The notes under the pieces were generated by a model that had not been told where the DNA came from, searched no databases, and was given only the letters and a program-made list of their open reading frames with translations. Below are positions 1-9,087 of a stretch of DNA of 64,000 nucleotides, piece after piece; positions within the stretch are counted from its first letter, which is position 1; each line of letters begins with the position of its first letter. The DNA lies in NCBI GenBank assembly GCA_050253415.1, contig JBFWJC010000001.1, positions 936,679 to 1,000,678 of the forward strand, written 5' to 3'. Both the position numbers and the translations under genes were made by a program. The DNA comes from Pedobacter sp. (GTDB lineage Bacteria > Desulfobacterota > Desulfuromonadia > Desulfuromonadales > Syntrophotaleaceae).

Positions 1-587
1 GGGTGCTGCAATAAGGCAGGGGTGAAATGATAGCGCTCCGAAGGTTGCCATGGATACAGGCTCAGGAAGCTATGGGCGGAGATGTAATAGAACCATGGGG
101 TTGGAATAAATGAATCGGCTGCGGCTTGAAAGCTGCTGTAGAGACCCAGCGCCATATTCATTTCGCGAAGGGTTTCGGAGTCACATTGTGTCGGCTTTCC
201 CGAGCCGGTGAGACTGCCGATTTGTTCCTGCAGGAAGGGGTGCTGTAACCTATCGAGATGAAAATAACCCTTTTTCTCATCGTATTGCAGCGAGGATGTC
301 AGGAGGCAGCTTGCTGTTGGATCGTGATCCTGACGAGTTTGTATTACCTGGGTTTGCGCCGTGGCGCGCAAGGTCCGGATATGGTCGCCAATGCGGGTCA
401 GGGAACTATCCAGATGGCGGGACTTTTCTATCAATCGGGTTGTCAGGGCCCGATTGTTTTGTCTGGTAAGATGATGGCTGCTTCTGTCTAGAAACAGGCC
501 GGCCAAGCTGCCCAGCAACAAAAATGTAGCCAGCATGAAAGCTGATAGGCGCGTATGAAACCTGACCAGGTTGGACTTCTTGGACAT
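1..587 (-). CDS. N-terminal part of a membrane-anchored Cache-like sensor protein; runs off the left edge and is not in the ORF track
   Basis: Manual translation from ATG at 587 is open to the edge: MSKKSNLVRFHTRLSAFMLATFLLLGSLAGLFLD (TM) ... WFYYISAHSFLSLYPW, typical of an extracytoplasmic sensor domain. Confidence 0.75.
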   Translation of the reverse strand, partial: MSKKSNLVRFHTRLSAFMLATFLLLGSLAGLFLDRSSHHLTRQNNRALTTRLIEKSRHLDSSLTRIGDHIRTLRATAQTQVIQTRQDHDPTASCLLTSSLQYDEKKGYFHLDRLQHPFLQEQIGSLTGSGKPTQCDSETLREMNMALGLYSSFQAAADSFIPTPWFYYISAHSFLSLYPWQPSERYHFTPALLQH

Positions 588-744
588 GATGAAGAGCACA
601 ATCCCAATAAAACATAAAAAGATGTTGCAATGTTTTTCATTAAAATAGAGATTTTAGCTTTACTGGGGGCTGGATGTAAAGGATTTTGAAAAAAGTCACC
701 GACTGCGTTACGGTTTTTCGTATCCGGAAATGGACAGTCCCGAT

Positions 745-1425
745 TCAGCACTCCAGGCATGTTCCCAATCCATGGGGAGGATGTAGCTCTTCCTGTATCA
801 CGGCCGCGGCAGTGGTAATGTCGGGTACGACCTGCCAGGCTTCGGGGAAGCTGGTTTGCGGTGTCAGGCCGCTGGGGATGACCAGGCAGCGTATGCCGGC
901 TGCCACGGCCGCTTCGAGTCCACGCCTGGTATCCTCGATGACGAGGCATTCTTCGGGACGCAGGCCGCTGCGGGCCAGGGCTTTGAGGTAGGGTTCCGGA
1001 TGCGGTTTGGTAAGTTGAAAGTCTTCGCGTGTGAGGATGAAGTCAAACTGTTGCGGCAGGCCGGTATGGCGATGAATAAGATCGAAATGCTCGCGCAGAG
1101 AACTGGTAACAATGGCCATGCGGCACTGCAGGCGCAGGCCTGCGACCGCATCGATAACTCCCGGCAAGGGTTGAATGCCAGACTGCAGCAAGTCGCTGTA
1201 GCGGGCGTTTTTGACGTTGCGTAATCGTTTGATTTCCGGTGGCGAAAACCCCGCCTGCTGGGCCAGGCTGAGGCTGCTGCGTCCTTCTTCCAGGGTGATG
1301 CGGGAATACAGATCGAGGGGCAGTTGGATGCCGACTTCGGCCAGCGTTTCACTCATGGCCTGGAAATAGAGAGGCTCGGTATCGACCAGGATGCCGTCAT
1401 TATCCCAGAATAGGCCTTTAAGCAT
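745..1425 (-). CDS. HAD-superfamily hydrolase/phosphatase (HAD-IA)
   Basis: Motif I WDNDGILVDTE, motif II IVTSS, KPHPEPY, motif IV IEDT. Confidence 0.92.
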   Translation of the reverse strand: MLKGLFWDNDGILVDTEPLYFQAMSETLAEVGIQLPLDLYSRITLEEGRSSLSLAQQAGFSPPEIKRLRNVKNARYSDLLQSGIQPLPGVIDAVAGLRLQCRMAIVTSSLREHFDLIHRHTGLPQQFDFILTREDFQLTKPHPEPYLKALARSGLRPEECLVIEDTRRGLEAAVAAGIRCLVIPSGLTPQTSFPEAWQVVPDITTAAAVIQEELHPPHGLGTCLEC

Positions 1426-1440
1426 AACTTCTATAATTCC

Positions 1441-2085
1441 TTATTCGTCGTTCGGATTTTCGCAGGGCAGAATTTTTACCGGGACGGAACAGCCTGCCTC
1501 GAAATGTTTTGCGTCGACCACGGATCCGATACTCCGTCCATAATGCATGGGGATGGCGAGTTTTGGGCGAATCAGTCCCGCGGCCTCGGCCGCTTCGGCA
1601 GCGGTCATGACGTAAGTGCCGCTGACCGGAAGCAAGGCGATGTCGCAGACGATGCCGGCCATTTCCGGAATCAGATCGCTGTCGCCGGCGTGATAGATGC
1701 GACGCTCGTCCACCGTTACAATAAACCCGACATTGCCTGCTTGTTTGGGGTGGAAAACCAGTCCGGGGGCGCGGAACTTGTCGAGATTGTAGGCCGGCAC
1801 GGTTTCTACCAGCACATCGCCGACCTCCCGTCGCTCGCCCACCTGCACCACACGTACAGGCTCGGGGAGCTTGGCCGCGGCCGCAGCCACAGTCATTATG
1901 ACGGTATGCGGGGTGCGGATGCGCGCCACATCCTCCGGGGAGCAGTGGTCGTGGTGGTCGTGGGTGATCAGGATCAGGTCCGCAGGAGGGCCGTCAGGGA
2001 TCTGCCATGGGTCGATGTAAATCACCATGCCACTGCCTTCGATGCGAAAACTGTCGTGGCCAAGCCAATGGATGTCGTGAAACAT
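1441..2085 (-). CDS. MBL-fold metallo-hydrolase
   Basis: WLGHDSF, ITHDHHDH (HxHxDH), YHAGDS, IPMHY. Confidence 0.92.
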   Translation of the reverse strand: MFHDIHWLGHDSFRIEGSGMVIYIDPWQIPDGPPADLILITHDHHDHCSPEDVARIRTPHTVIMTVAAAAAKLPEPVRVVQVGERREVGDVLVETVPAYNLDKFRAPGLVFHPKQAGNVGFIVTVDERRIYHAGDSDLIPEMAGIVCDIALLPVSGTYVMTAAEAAEAAGLIRPKLAIPMHYGRSIGSVVDAKHFEAGCSVPVKILPCENPNDE

Positions 2086-2348
2086 GCGGCATGCCTCCTT
2101 GTTCGCTGGGTGGACGATGCTCCTATTATATCAGAATCAGCGGCCGGGATGCGGCCTGGAGCAGGAATGAATCCACCCGTTAAAGCGGTAAATGCGTCCT
2201 TGATGGTCCCCGTTCTCGTTACGGTCCCGCCGCCCTGTGGGGTCGGCTTATAGCCATTGCTGAAGATGGACTTTGACCGGTATGAAAAAAATGGTCTATA
2301 CTTTTTCATAAACCGTTTTTATGGATGACTTATTGAAGGAGAGATCTT

Positions 2349-3143
2349 GTGAAAAAGTGGTTTGTTGCAGCAGGTGTGGTGACAGTCGCACTGGTGGTTC
2401 TGGTGGTCGTCGGAGTCTCCAATCTGGGACCCATTATCAAACAGGCGGTCAACTCGCAGGGCCCCGGGGTGACCGGCACCGATTTGCACGTGGGAAATGT
2501 TGACATTGCCTTGTTTTCCGGTCGTGCCAGCATCGAGGATTTTTTGCTCGGCAACCCCCAGGGGTTTGAAGCGCCCTATGCTGTGTCGGTTAAAACCATC
2601 AAGGTCGATATCGACGAAAAATCTCTGACCGGGGATACCGTGATTATCGACCGTATCGAAGTGGTCGCACCCCGTATTATATTTGAAAAAAATCGCGGAA
2701 GCGATAACTTCAAAGCTTTGTTAAGCAATGTGCAGAGGTCCTCGGCAGGAGCTGAAAAGGACGCTGCAAAGGCTGATGCAGGGCGTAAAAAATTACTGAT
2801 CCGGGAATTTATCCTGCGAGATGGCAAGGTGAATCTGGCCATTAAGGGGCTTAAGGGGAAAGATCTCACGGCCTCATTGCCTGAAATACGCTTGGAAAAT
2901 ATCGGACAGCAGCAGGGGGGGGCGACTCCGGCTCAAGTTGCCAAGGAGGTTTTTACCGCGCTTTATGGCAAAATCACCTCCGCGGATATGAAGGACGTCC
3001 TGCAGAAAAACCTGTCCGATGTGAAGGGGCAGGTGTCCGGTCTCAAAACAGGGGCTGAAAAGGAGCTGGATGCGACCAGGGAACAGACCACGCAAAGCGT
3101 GGATGCCGCCAAGGAGTCGCTTAAGGGGCTGCTTGGTAAATAG
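2349..3143 (+). CDS. AsmA-like/DUF748-like membrane-anchored protein
   Basis: N-terminal TM helix, LGNPQGF and beta-rich middle, helical C-terminal tail; GGAG RBS before GTG. Confidence 0.7.
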   Translation: MKKWFVAAGVVTVALVVLVVVGVSNLGPIIKQAVNSQGPGVTGTDLHVGNVDIALFSGRASIEDFLLGNPQGFEAPYAVSVKTIKVDIDEKSLTGDTVIIDRIEVVAPRIIFEKNRGSDNFKALLSNVQRSSAGAEKDAAKADAGRKKLLIREFILRDGKVNLAIKGLKGKDLTASLPEIRLENIGQQQGGATPAQVAKEVFTALYGKITSADMKDVLQKNLSDVKGQVSGLKTGAEKELDATREQTTQSVDAAKESLKGLLGK

Positions 3144-3164
3144 TGTATCCATAGAGTTAAACAG

Positions 3165-3195
3165 AACGGGCCTGCCACTGGCAGGCCCGTTTTTT
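3165..3195. terminator. Intrinsic terminator between convergent genes
   Basis: aacgggcctgcc-act-ggcaggcccgtt followed by a T run. Confidence 0.85.
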
Positions 3196-3595
3196 ATTTG
3201 CTGTTGGTAGCTTCGGCGTCAGGCAGATCGAAATCGGCCAGCACCCCGGAAAAGCTTCGCTCGTTGGGGGAGGAGCATCGGTAGATGAAACTGTCCATTT
3301 TCAGGTAGGCCTTGCCCTTGGATGGCTTGTACCGGATTCGCATGCGCCCTTCGGCGGTATTGGTTTCCGATGACAGGTAAAATTGACGGAAGGGTTCGTC
3401 CGGACCGAGGGTGAACTGGGTAAGAACTTCATCATTGATGGAAAAATGCACGTTGACTTGTTGGTCGGTGGTCATTTCCCATTCCATGTCAAAACAGCCG
3501 AACAGTTTGCTGCCGGATGTTTCGCCGGCTATGCAAGAGATAGCCCCTGTGCCGATCAGCAGCAGGGCGCAGAGCAGGATTTTGATGAATTGCAT
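3194..3595 (-). CDS. Exported hypothetical protein
   Basis: Signal-peptide-like N-terminus, GGAG RBS, beta-rich body. Confidence 0.7.
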   Translation of the reverse strand: MQFIKILLCALLLIGTGAISCIAGETSGSKLFGCFDMEWEMTTDQQVNVHFSINDEVLTQFTLGPDEPFRQFYLSSETNTAEGRMRIRYKPSKGKAYLKMDSFIYRCSSPNERSFSGVLADFDLPDAEATNSK

Positions 3596-3778
3596 GACAT
3601 CTCCAAAAGGTAGGGGAGCCTTTATCCGCAGGGTGATGCAGTGAAGGCGTCAACGGAAAAAAGGTCCATGTTATAACATCGGTGCTACATGTGCCTTAGA
3701 CCTTCGGTTGTATCTCTGTGTTACGATCTCGGTACGTTTGCAGGCCGGGGGTCGGTCGAGTGCTGGACAAGGGGGACG

Positions 3779-4279
3779 CTAAATCAGGGCCAGCAACGGG
3801 TTGTGCCCATTGGTCCGGTCCTTCACGATCAAAGTGGTGACCGGTGCCAGGGAGTGCTTGTTGAATAACAGGTCATGGCCAAGGCACAGCCCCATCGATA
3901 CGTTCAGTTGGGTCTCCGCCGTTGCTAACAGCTGCGCCTGGCCGATAGGGTTGCAGGCGATTCCCCGGCCCCCTTCTGCCAGGGCCGCAGCCGGCAGTCG
4001 GCAGATTTTGCAGTCGGTGCGTGTAACTTCGAAGCCTTCCTGAGTCAACAGTTCTTCAAGTCGCCCCCCCGCATCCTTGACGGCGACACAGTGGGCGATA
4101 CCGAGCCGGGAATAACCGGCGGCACGGGCGAAGCGGGCGATTTCCTCAACCCTGTTCAATCCTTTGCCTTTGGCGGCTTCGGCAAGTGCCATCAGCTTAA
4201 GGTCTTCTTCATCGTAAAGATCCAGACAGCGTTGCTGTTCTTCGCTGAGGCCGGGATTCTCTAAAATTGCAGTATCCAT
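3779..4279 (-). CDS. DUF1847 family Cys-rich putative metal-binding protein
   Basis: RVEE..FA...GY..LGIAHC, CKIC, CNPIGQA, GLCLGHD, PVTTLIVKDR..GHNP; GGAGGAG RBS before ATG at 4279. Confidence 0.85.
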   Translation of the reverse strand: MDTAILENPGLSEEQQRCLDLYDEEDLKLMALAEAAKGKGLNRVEEIARFARAAGYSRLGIAHCVAVKDAGGRLEELLTQEGFEVTRTDCKICRLPAAALAEGGRGIACNPIGQAQLLATAETQLNVSMGLCLGHDLLFNKHSLAPVTTLIVKDRTNGHNPLLALI

Positions 4280-4347
4280 AAAACTCCTCCGAGACATGAA
4301 TGATTCCACCGGTTGTTTCCTGAGGGTTACCGGAGCATCGGGGAGAA

Positions 4348-4376
4348 AGCTTGCGCGATTAAGGAGATACTGTCAA
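4348..4376 (-). promoter_or_regulatory. Putative sigma70 promoter for the DUF1847 gene
   Basis: Minus strand TTGACA-17 nt-CAAGCT. Confidence 0.5.
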
Positions 4377-4395
4377 GAGGAAAGGGGCTCAGAGC

Positions 4396-4989
4396 TTAAC
4401 GACGGGTGTCATGGCGGCCTTGTGGTAAAGCAGGTCCGGAGGGGCCGAAGGGGTGACAGCGATTGCATGACCGGACCGGTTCGCTGCGGTTGACGTGGCA
4501 TCTTTCGCACAGCGCCATGGCCGAACGGGCTTTAACCGGAACCATGGTGGCATGGGCCAAACCTCCATGACAGGCGGTGCATTGTACCCCACGATCGAGG
4601 TGCAGGGCATGATAAGTGTTATGTGTTTCGCTGGGGCCGGGGTGTTCCCTCAATGTTTCGCCGGGGTGGCATTTATTGCAATTGGCGTTTGGGACTTCGG
4701 CCATCAGGATGGGACCGCTGATACGGCCGGTTACATAGGCATAGAGGTAGCGGGCACCGGCCATATGAGCCTTGATTTCGCCGCGCCAGCCTGGCTCGGA
4801 ATGGCACGACAGACAACTCGTCGTCATGGCGTGGTCCGAATTGCGCCATGAAATATAGCGGGTTTCCATCAGGTGGCAGGATGCGCAAAATCTCGGCGTG
4901 GAAGACCATGCCAGTAGCCCCGTCAGGACGGCTATGCCAGCCAGTGTGATCATGCCTCCGATGGCAAGCCATTTGCGTGTGCGCCGCAT
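4396..4989 (-). CDS. NapC/NirT-like membrane-anchored hexaheme cytochrome c
   Basis: N-terminal TM, STPRFCASCH..M...Y.SW..S.H; six CXXCH (CASCH, CLSCH, CNKCH, CTACH, CERCH, CNRCH). Confidence 0.88.
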   Translation of the reverse strand: MRRTRKWLAIGGMITLAGIAVLTGLLAWSSTPRFCASCHLMETRYISWRNSDHAMTTSCLSCHSEPGWRGEIKAHMAGARYLYAYVTGRISGPILMAEVPNANCNKCHPGETLREHPGPSETHNTYHALHLDRGVQCTACHGGLAHATMVPVKARSAMALCERCHVNRSEPVRSCNRCHPFGPSGPALPQGRHDTRR

Positions 4990-5046
4990 GAGACCCCTTT
5001 GTGGATGTCCCGGCTGGAGGGTACGGTCCTGCCAGCCGGAAAGGCA

Positions 5047-6267
5047 TCAAGGTGTTTGTGGTAAAGGCCGCCGCGCGGCGTCAAGCCGTAACTGGAGCTG
5101 TGCTGGTTCGTGTTTATCATGGTGGTGGCAGCTATTGCAGGAGTTGGGCTGCTTGTTTACATCGCCGTCTCCCAGTTCCACGGTAAGACGCGGTGGGATA
5201 AAGCGGAATGTATGAGTGCGCTCGTCACCCACGGTAGCACTCTTGCCGGTAGCGGGCATATGGCAGGAGATGCAGTCGCTGTGCTGGGGCGCATCTTTGA
5301 TGGGGGCATGACCGCTGACCGGATCGGTGCTGATGGTGGCATGACAGCCAAGGCACAGGTTGTTGCCCGCAACCTTGGTGGAAAAACGATTGCCGGTGCT
5401 GTGGGTGGTGTGGCAGTCCAGGCAGCTTACGCCAGCCTTGAAATGCTGAGATGTCTGCCATTCGGGGTATTGTTGCCGGTGCTGTTTGATCGCCCCGGAA
5501 GGCCACCAGGCGCTGCTGTCATCATAACCGGCCACCTGGAACATGCTCGGCAACAGGCGCTTGCCAACTTGAAACCCAACTGGATAGGCATGTTTGCCAT
5601 CCGGCGATTTGCCACGGGTGTGGCATTGCCCGCAGATATCCGCGGCCAGGTGCCAAGGCAACTTGGCCGGGTTGATAATGGTGTTCGCTCTGGCCAATCC
5701 GCGCGCTTTGACATGGGCGACGCCGGGACCGTGGCAAGCTTCGCAACCGATGCTCAACTCCGCCCAGCTGTTGTCGGCAGGCCAGAAGCCGGTCACATGG
5801 CAGTACGCGCAGTCGGTTTTCCAGTTGGGGCCTTGGGGGTCGCTGAAGTGGTAAGGGGCCCAAGTGTTGTCGACCATATTCCACTGAAATTTCTGCACTT
5901 CCCAATCGGCATTGATATAGCGCTGTTTCCAGAGAACGCCGTGTACCAGCATGATATCTGTTTTTTTAAGGTCGCCCAGGCTGGTGACGGAAACGGACTG
6001 TCCCGATGCATCTTTGGTGGTGAAATCGGGAGGGGTAGCCCAATCGCCGAGGATTGCAGGATCGTCCGGACCGTTGACCTGTCGGATAACCATGGAGTGA
6101 GGGGTGGTTTTCCAGGTAGATGCAATGCGATCGTGGCACTGGCCGCAGACAGCTGAACCGACATAACCACCGGGTTTGGCTTCTACCTGCGCGGGATCTT
6201 CACCGCATCCGCCTGTAAAAGCCATGGCCGCCATAGACAGAAACAGTAACATCCAACGGTGTGCCAT
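5047..6267 (-). CDS. Octaheme cytochrome c, probable lipoprotein
   Basis: Eight CXXCH (CGQCH, CAYCH, CEACH, CGQCH, CLDCH, CLGCH, CISCH, CNSCH); signal ending FTGG-C; GGAGG RBS before ATG at 6267. Confidence 0.9.
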   Translation of the reverse strand: MAHRWMLLFLSMAAMAFTGGCGEDPAQVEAKPGGYVGSAVCGQCHDRIASTWKTTPHSMVIRQVNGPDDPAILGDWATPPDFTTKDASGQSVSVTSLGDLKKTDIMLVHGVLWKQRYINADWEVQKFQWNMVDNTWAPYHFSDPQGPNWKTDCAYCHVTGFWPADNSWAELSIGCEACHGPGVAHVKARGLARANTIINPAKLPWHLAADICGQCHTRGKSPDGKHAYPVGFQVGKRLLPSMFQVAGYDDSSAWWPSGAIKQHRQQYPEWQTSQHFKAGVSCLDCHTTHSTGNRFSTKVAGNNLCLGCHATISTDPVSGHAPIKDAPQHSDCISCHMPATGKSATVGDERTHTFRFIPPRLTVELGDGDVNKQPNSCNSCHHHDKHEPAQLQLRLDAARRPLPQTP

Positions 6268-6342
6268 TGAGCACCTCCCCTGTCGGTTGAAAAAATTTAC
6301 TCTTTTCAATCTACCGGACAGGAAAGGTTTGTCAAATGTCGT

Positions 6343-6969
6343 TTACCGATACTCGATAAGCCAGTCGGTGGCGGGTAAAGTCAGGTGGATCCGGTGGGGG
6401 TGATCACCAAGTTCTCCTTCGCTTTCGGCCAGTTGCCCGCGACAGGTAATGCGATAAGCCTGACATTGGTCAAGGCCGGTGGCTTGGAGAAATGCTTCTG
6501 TGCGTACCATGAGGGATACAACGCCGACCAGGGTACCATCGGAAAGAATCGGACTGCGCATGGCGATCAATCTCGGTTGCACTATAGATCCATGCCCGGG
6601 TTCGCTTAACTGGGAGGTGGGGGTGGTGCGCATTCGATCCCAGAAGTAGTCCAGTTCCTGAACTTTTTTAAGGTCAAAACCACGTGCCAGAAAATTACGC
6701 GAAAAATAGACCTGCCGGATGATGAAACTGTCATCGATCAAGGTGGCGCCGTATAACCCATCGATATCCGATACCAGCGGTTTCATGATGGAACGAAAGG
6801 TGTCGGGGGTCGGATGCTGTCTGGCGGCACGCTCCAGTTTTTCGAACATCCCTGCAAAATAGTTTTGTACCGATGCCGCCATCTGAGTCTCGCTCGGAGC
6901 GGCCATGGATGCAGAGGCGAGCAGACAGAGTGCCACACAAATGCTGAAAATGCGCATCAAACGTTGCAT
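6343..6969 (-). CDS. Exported stand-alone Cache/PDC-like protein
   Basis: Signal peptide (..LLASASMA), Cache-like LSEP...LIAMRSPI...LVGVVSL and terminal WLIEY; no second TM; AGGAG RBS before ATG at 6969. Confidence 0.65.
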   Translation of the reverse strand: MQRLMRIFSICVALCLLASASMAAPSETQMAASVQNYFAGMFEKLERAARQHPTPDTFRSIMKPLVSDIDGLYGATLIDDSFIIRQVYFSRNFLARGFDLKKVQELDYFWDRMRTTPTSQLSEPGHGSIVQPRLIAMRSPILSDGTLVGVVSLMVRTEAFLQATGLDQCQAYRITCRGQLAESEGELGDHPHRIHLTLPATDWLIEYR

Positions 6970-6979
6970 GCTGTAACTC

Positions 6980-7645
6980 CTAATTTTCAAGATAAAAGAT
7001 CGAAATATGCCCGGCGTGGTGGGAAACCTTTTGTACCAGGGAGAAACCGGCCGCGTTTAGAGCCTCGACCAGTTGGCCTTCGATGTTTTCGCGTATTTCC
7101 TCTTGGTGGAACAACCAATATCCGGACCAGGCGCACAGCTTGCCGAACAGATTGCTCGGCGTGTCGACATCGACAATCACCGCGCGCCCGCCAGGTTTCA
7201 ACACCCGGCGCAGTTCCGCCAGGGAGGAGTTTTTGAGATCACGGTCGATATGGTGATAAAAGAAGGTCGATACCGCCGCATCAAAACTGGCATCGGCAAA
7301 GGGCAAATTTTCGGCCAATGCCGTTTCAAAGCGCAGGTTGGCAAGACCGGCGGCTTTGCGCTGTGCAACCGCGATCATTTTGGCTGCAGCGTCGATGCCG
7401 ATGGCTTGTTCGTCAATCGAACCGTCCAGTACCTTTGCCAGTTGACGGGTCAAAATGCCGGTGCCGCAACCGATGTCGAGTACTTTTTCGTCACCACGCA
7501 GGTGCAACAGCTCAATGGCTCTCTTTCGATATCGGCCTTCAAGCCCGAGGGTCATGACCGGTGCCAGCAGGTCGTAGACCGATGCGGCGTGATCGAGGGT
7601 GCGGCCGCGGGTTTTTAAAGAAGCGGGGTCGCGTTCAGCAGGCAT
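6980..7645 (-). CDS. Class I SAM-dependent methyltransferase (UbiE/Methyltransf_11-like)
   Basis: VLDIGCGTG, GID, AENLPFADASFD, RVLKPGG; start overlaps upstream gene by 11 nt. Confidence 0.92.
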   Translation of the reverse strand: MPAERDPASLKTRGRTLDHAASVYDLLAPVMTLGLEGRYRKRAIELLHLRGDEKVLDIGCGTGILTRQLAKVLDGSIDEQAIGIDAAAKMIAVAQRKAAGLANLRFETALAENLPFADASFDAAVSTFFYHHIDRDLKNSSLAELRRVLKPGGRAVIVDVDTPSNLFGKLCAWSGYWLFHQEEIRENIEGQLVEALNAAGFSLVQKVSHHAGHISIFYLEN

Positions 7646-8684
7646 GGCTGAGATCCTCCAGGTCGAGGACATTGAGCATCGAGCAAGCCATATCGTGGCT
7701 GCGCCCATGTCCGAGCTTGAGACCGTTATTGGCTAAGGTGGCCAGGGCCCCGCGCATGGTGTCGAGGGCCAGTCGCAACGTCGGCAGGGCGGCATGCGGC
7801 ACTTCCCGGTAGAGACGCTCGTCCAGGTCGATATTGCGGATTGCCCATTCGTTCAAAATGGGATGACTTTCGCAGGCCAGTATGGACAGAACGTAATTGT
7901 GCCGATTCTCCACAAAGTCACGGGCCATGTCCCGCAGGTCGTCCAGCAACTGGCAGCCAAGGCCGAACTGCAACAGTGCGTTTTTGATGGTTTGCAGGCG
8001 AACCGGATCCAGATGGGTGTCCACGGTTTCCGGCCCCACGAAGGGAATGTGGAAGAGCAGTCCTGTCTTGAGCACATGAATGGTATTCATCACATAGTGC
8101 GGTTCGGGGCGAAGGGTAATGCCACCTTCTTCCGAGGCTTCCTGTGCAGCGCTTGGTAACAGGACCTGCAGCGCCCGGTCCCCGAGTTCAATCGCCTTGG
8201 CGGCCGGTATCACTTTATTTTGTACCGCTTCATCCAGCAGGTGGTGCAATGCACGGTCGGCAGCCATGATGGCCACCACCTGATTCATGACCCGCGAGTT
8301 TCCGGGCATGGCCAGGGGGACAACGACTTTGTTTTCGTCATCAAGCAGGTTGTCGGCACTGGTCACCCAGATCCGGAACAGGTGATTCAGTTTCCCGTAC
8401 AGCAGTCGGCGTTCCGGTGAAATATCGAGAATCTGATAGGTCGCCTGGAACAGGGAGGAAAACAGGTTCTTGCGCCGCTTGTAAAAAGTGTCAGGGATAT
8501 CCCCCATGCGTACCCGATATTCTTCAGGGGTGTCTGCGGAGGTGTTGAGTGTTTTGTCGAGCAGAGAATAGATCCCACGCATGCACTGACGCTGTTCTGC
8601 AAACGCACGCTGCATGATGCGGCCTGTTTCCCAGAGGTCTAGCCAATTGCGGGGCGGTAAGGGACTCAGAGCTTTCCATGCCAT
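7635..8684 (-). CDS. Class 1 isoprenoid synthase fold enzyme (trans-prenyltransferase/terpene-synthase-like)
   Basis: First Asp motif ADNLLDDE, KTGLLF, second motif GLGCQLLDDLRD, then RHNY. Confidence 0.8.
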   Translation of the reverse strand: MAWKALSPLPPRNWLDLWETGRIMQRAFAEQRQCMRGIYSLLDKTLNTSADTPEEYRVRMGDIPDTFYKRRKNLFSSLFQATYQILDISPERRLLYGKLNHLFRIWVTSADNLLDDENKVVVPLAMPGNSRVMNQVVAIMAADRALHHLLDEAVQNKVIPAAKAIELGDRALQVLLPSAAQEASEEGGITLRPEPHYVMNTIHVLKTGLLFHIPFVGPETVDTHLDPVRLQTIKNALLQFGLGCQLLDDLRDMARDFVENRHNYVLSILACESHPILNEWAIRNIDLDERLYREVPHAALPTLRLALDTMRGALATLANNGLKLGHGRSHDMACSMLNVLDLEDLSHAC

Positions 8685-8786
8685 GAATTCTGCCTCGTTT
8701 CTGGAGTGGTGGGCGGTATGCGCCAGATGACGGTTGATGTATGCACGGGATTATGAAAACAAATCACCCGCCTAGTCTCCAAATTG

Positions 8787-8802
8787 AGCAAAAAATCTGC
8801 CA
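8787..8802 (-). promoter_or_regulatory. Sigma54 -24/-12 promoter for the isoprenoid-synthase cluster
   Basis: Minus strand TGGCAGATTTTTTGCT = GG-N10-GC, ~100 nt upstream of ATG 8684. Confidence 0.75.
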
Positions 8803-8855
8803 TGTTTGTAACCTTCTAAAAATATTACGTTTTGTTTGTAGTGGTGTGATTTTGT

Positions 8856-8912
8856 GTACAAATATTTAAACAAAAAGCGTGCGTCTCGACTAAAACAGTC
8901 AAGTATTTGTAC
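8856..8912. promoter_or_regulatory. Inverted repeat, candidate activator (bEBP) binding site
   Basis: GTACAAATA (8856-8864) and TATTTGTAC (8904-8912), just upstream of the sigma54 site. Confidence 0.45.
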
Positions 8913-9087
8913 GCATTTCACGTTACCGCAAGCGCTCGCATGGGCTGACTGAAAACGATAATCCTGCCCCGGGGGGAGTCTACGCGGGGCAGGTCAGGTC
9001 GGCAGGCCAGCTCGATGTGGTTCCGTAACGGTTCCGTTCACTTGAGTCGGATGTTGTTGAATCGTTGGCGCAATGGTGTTTGGCCGG

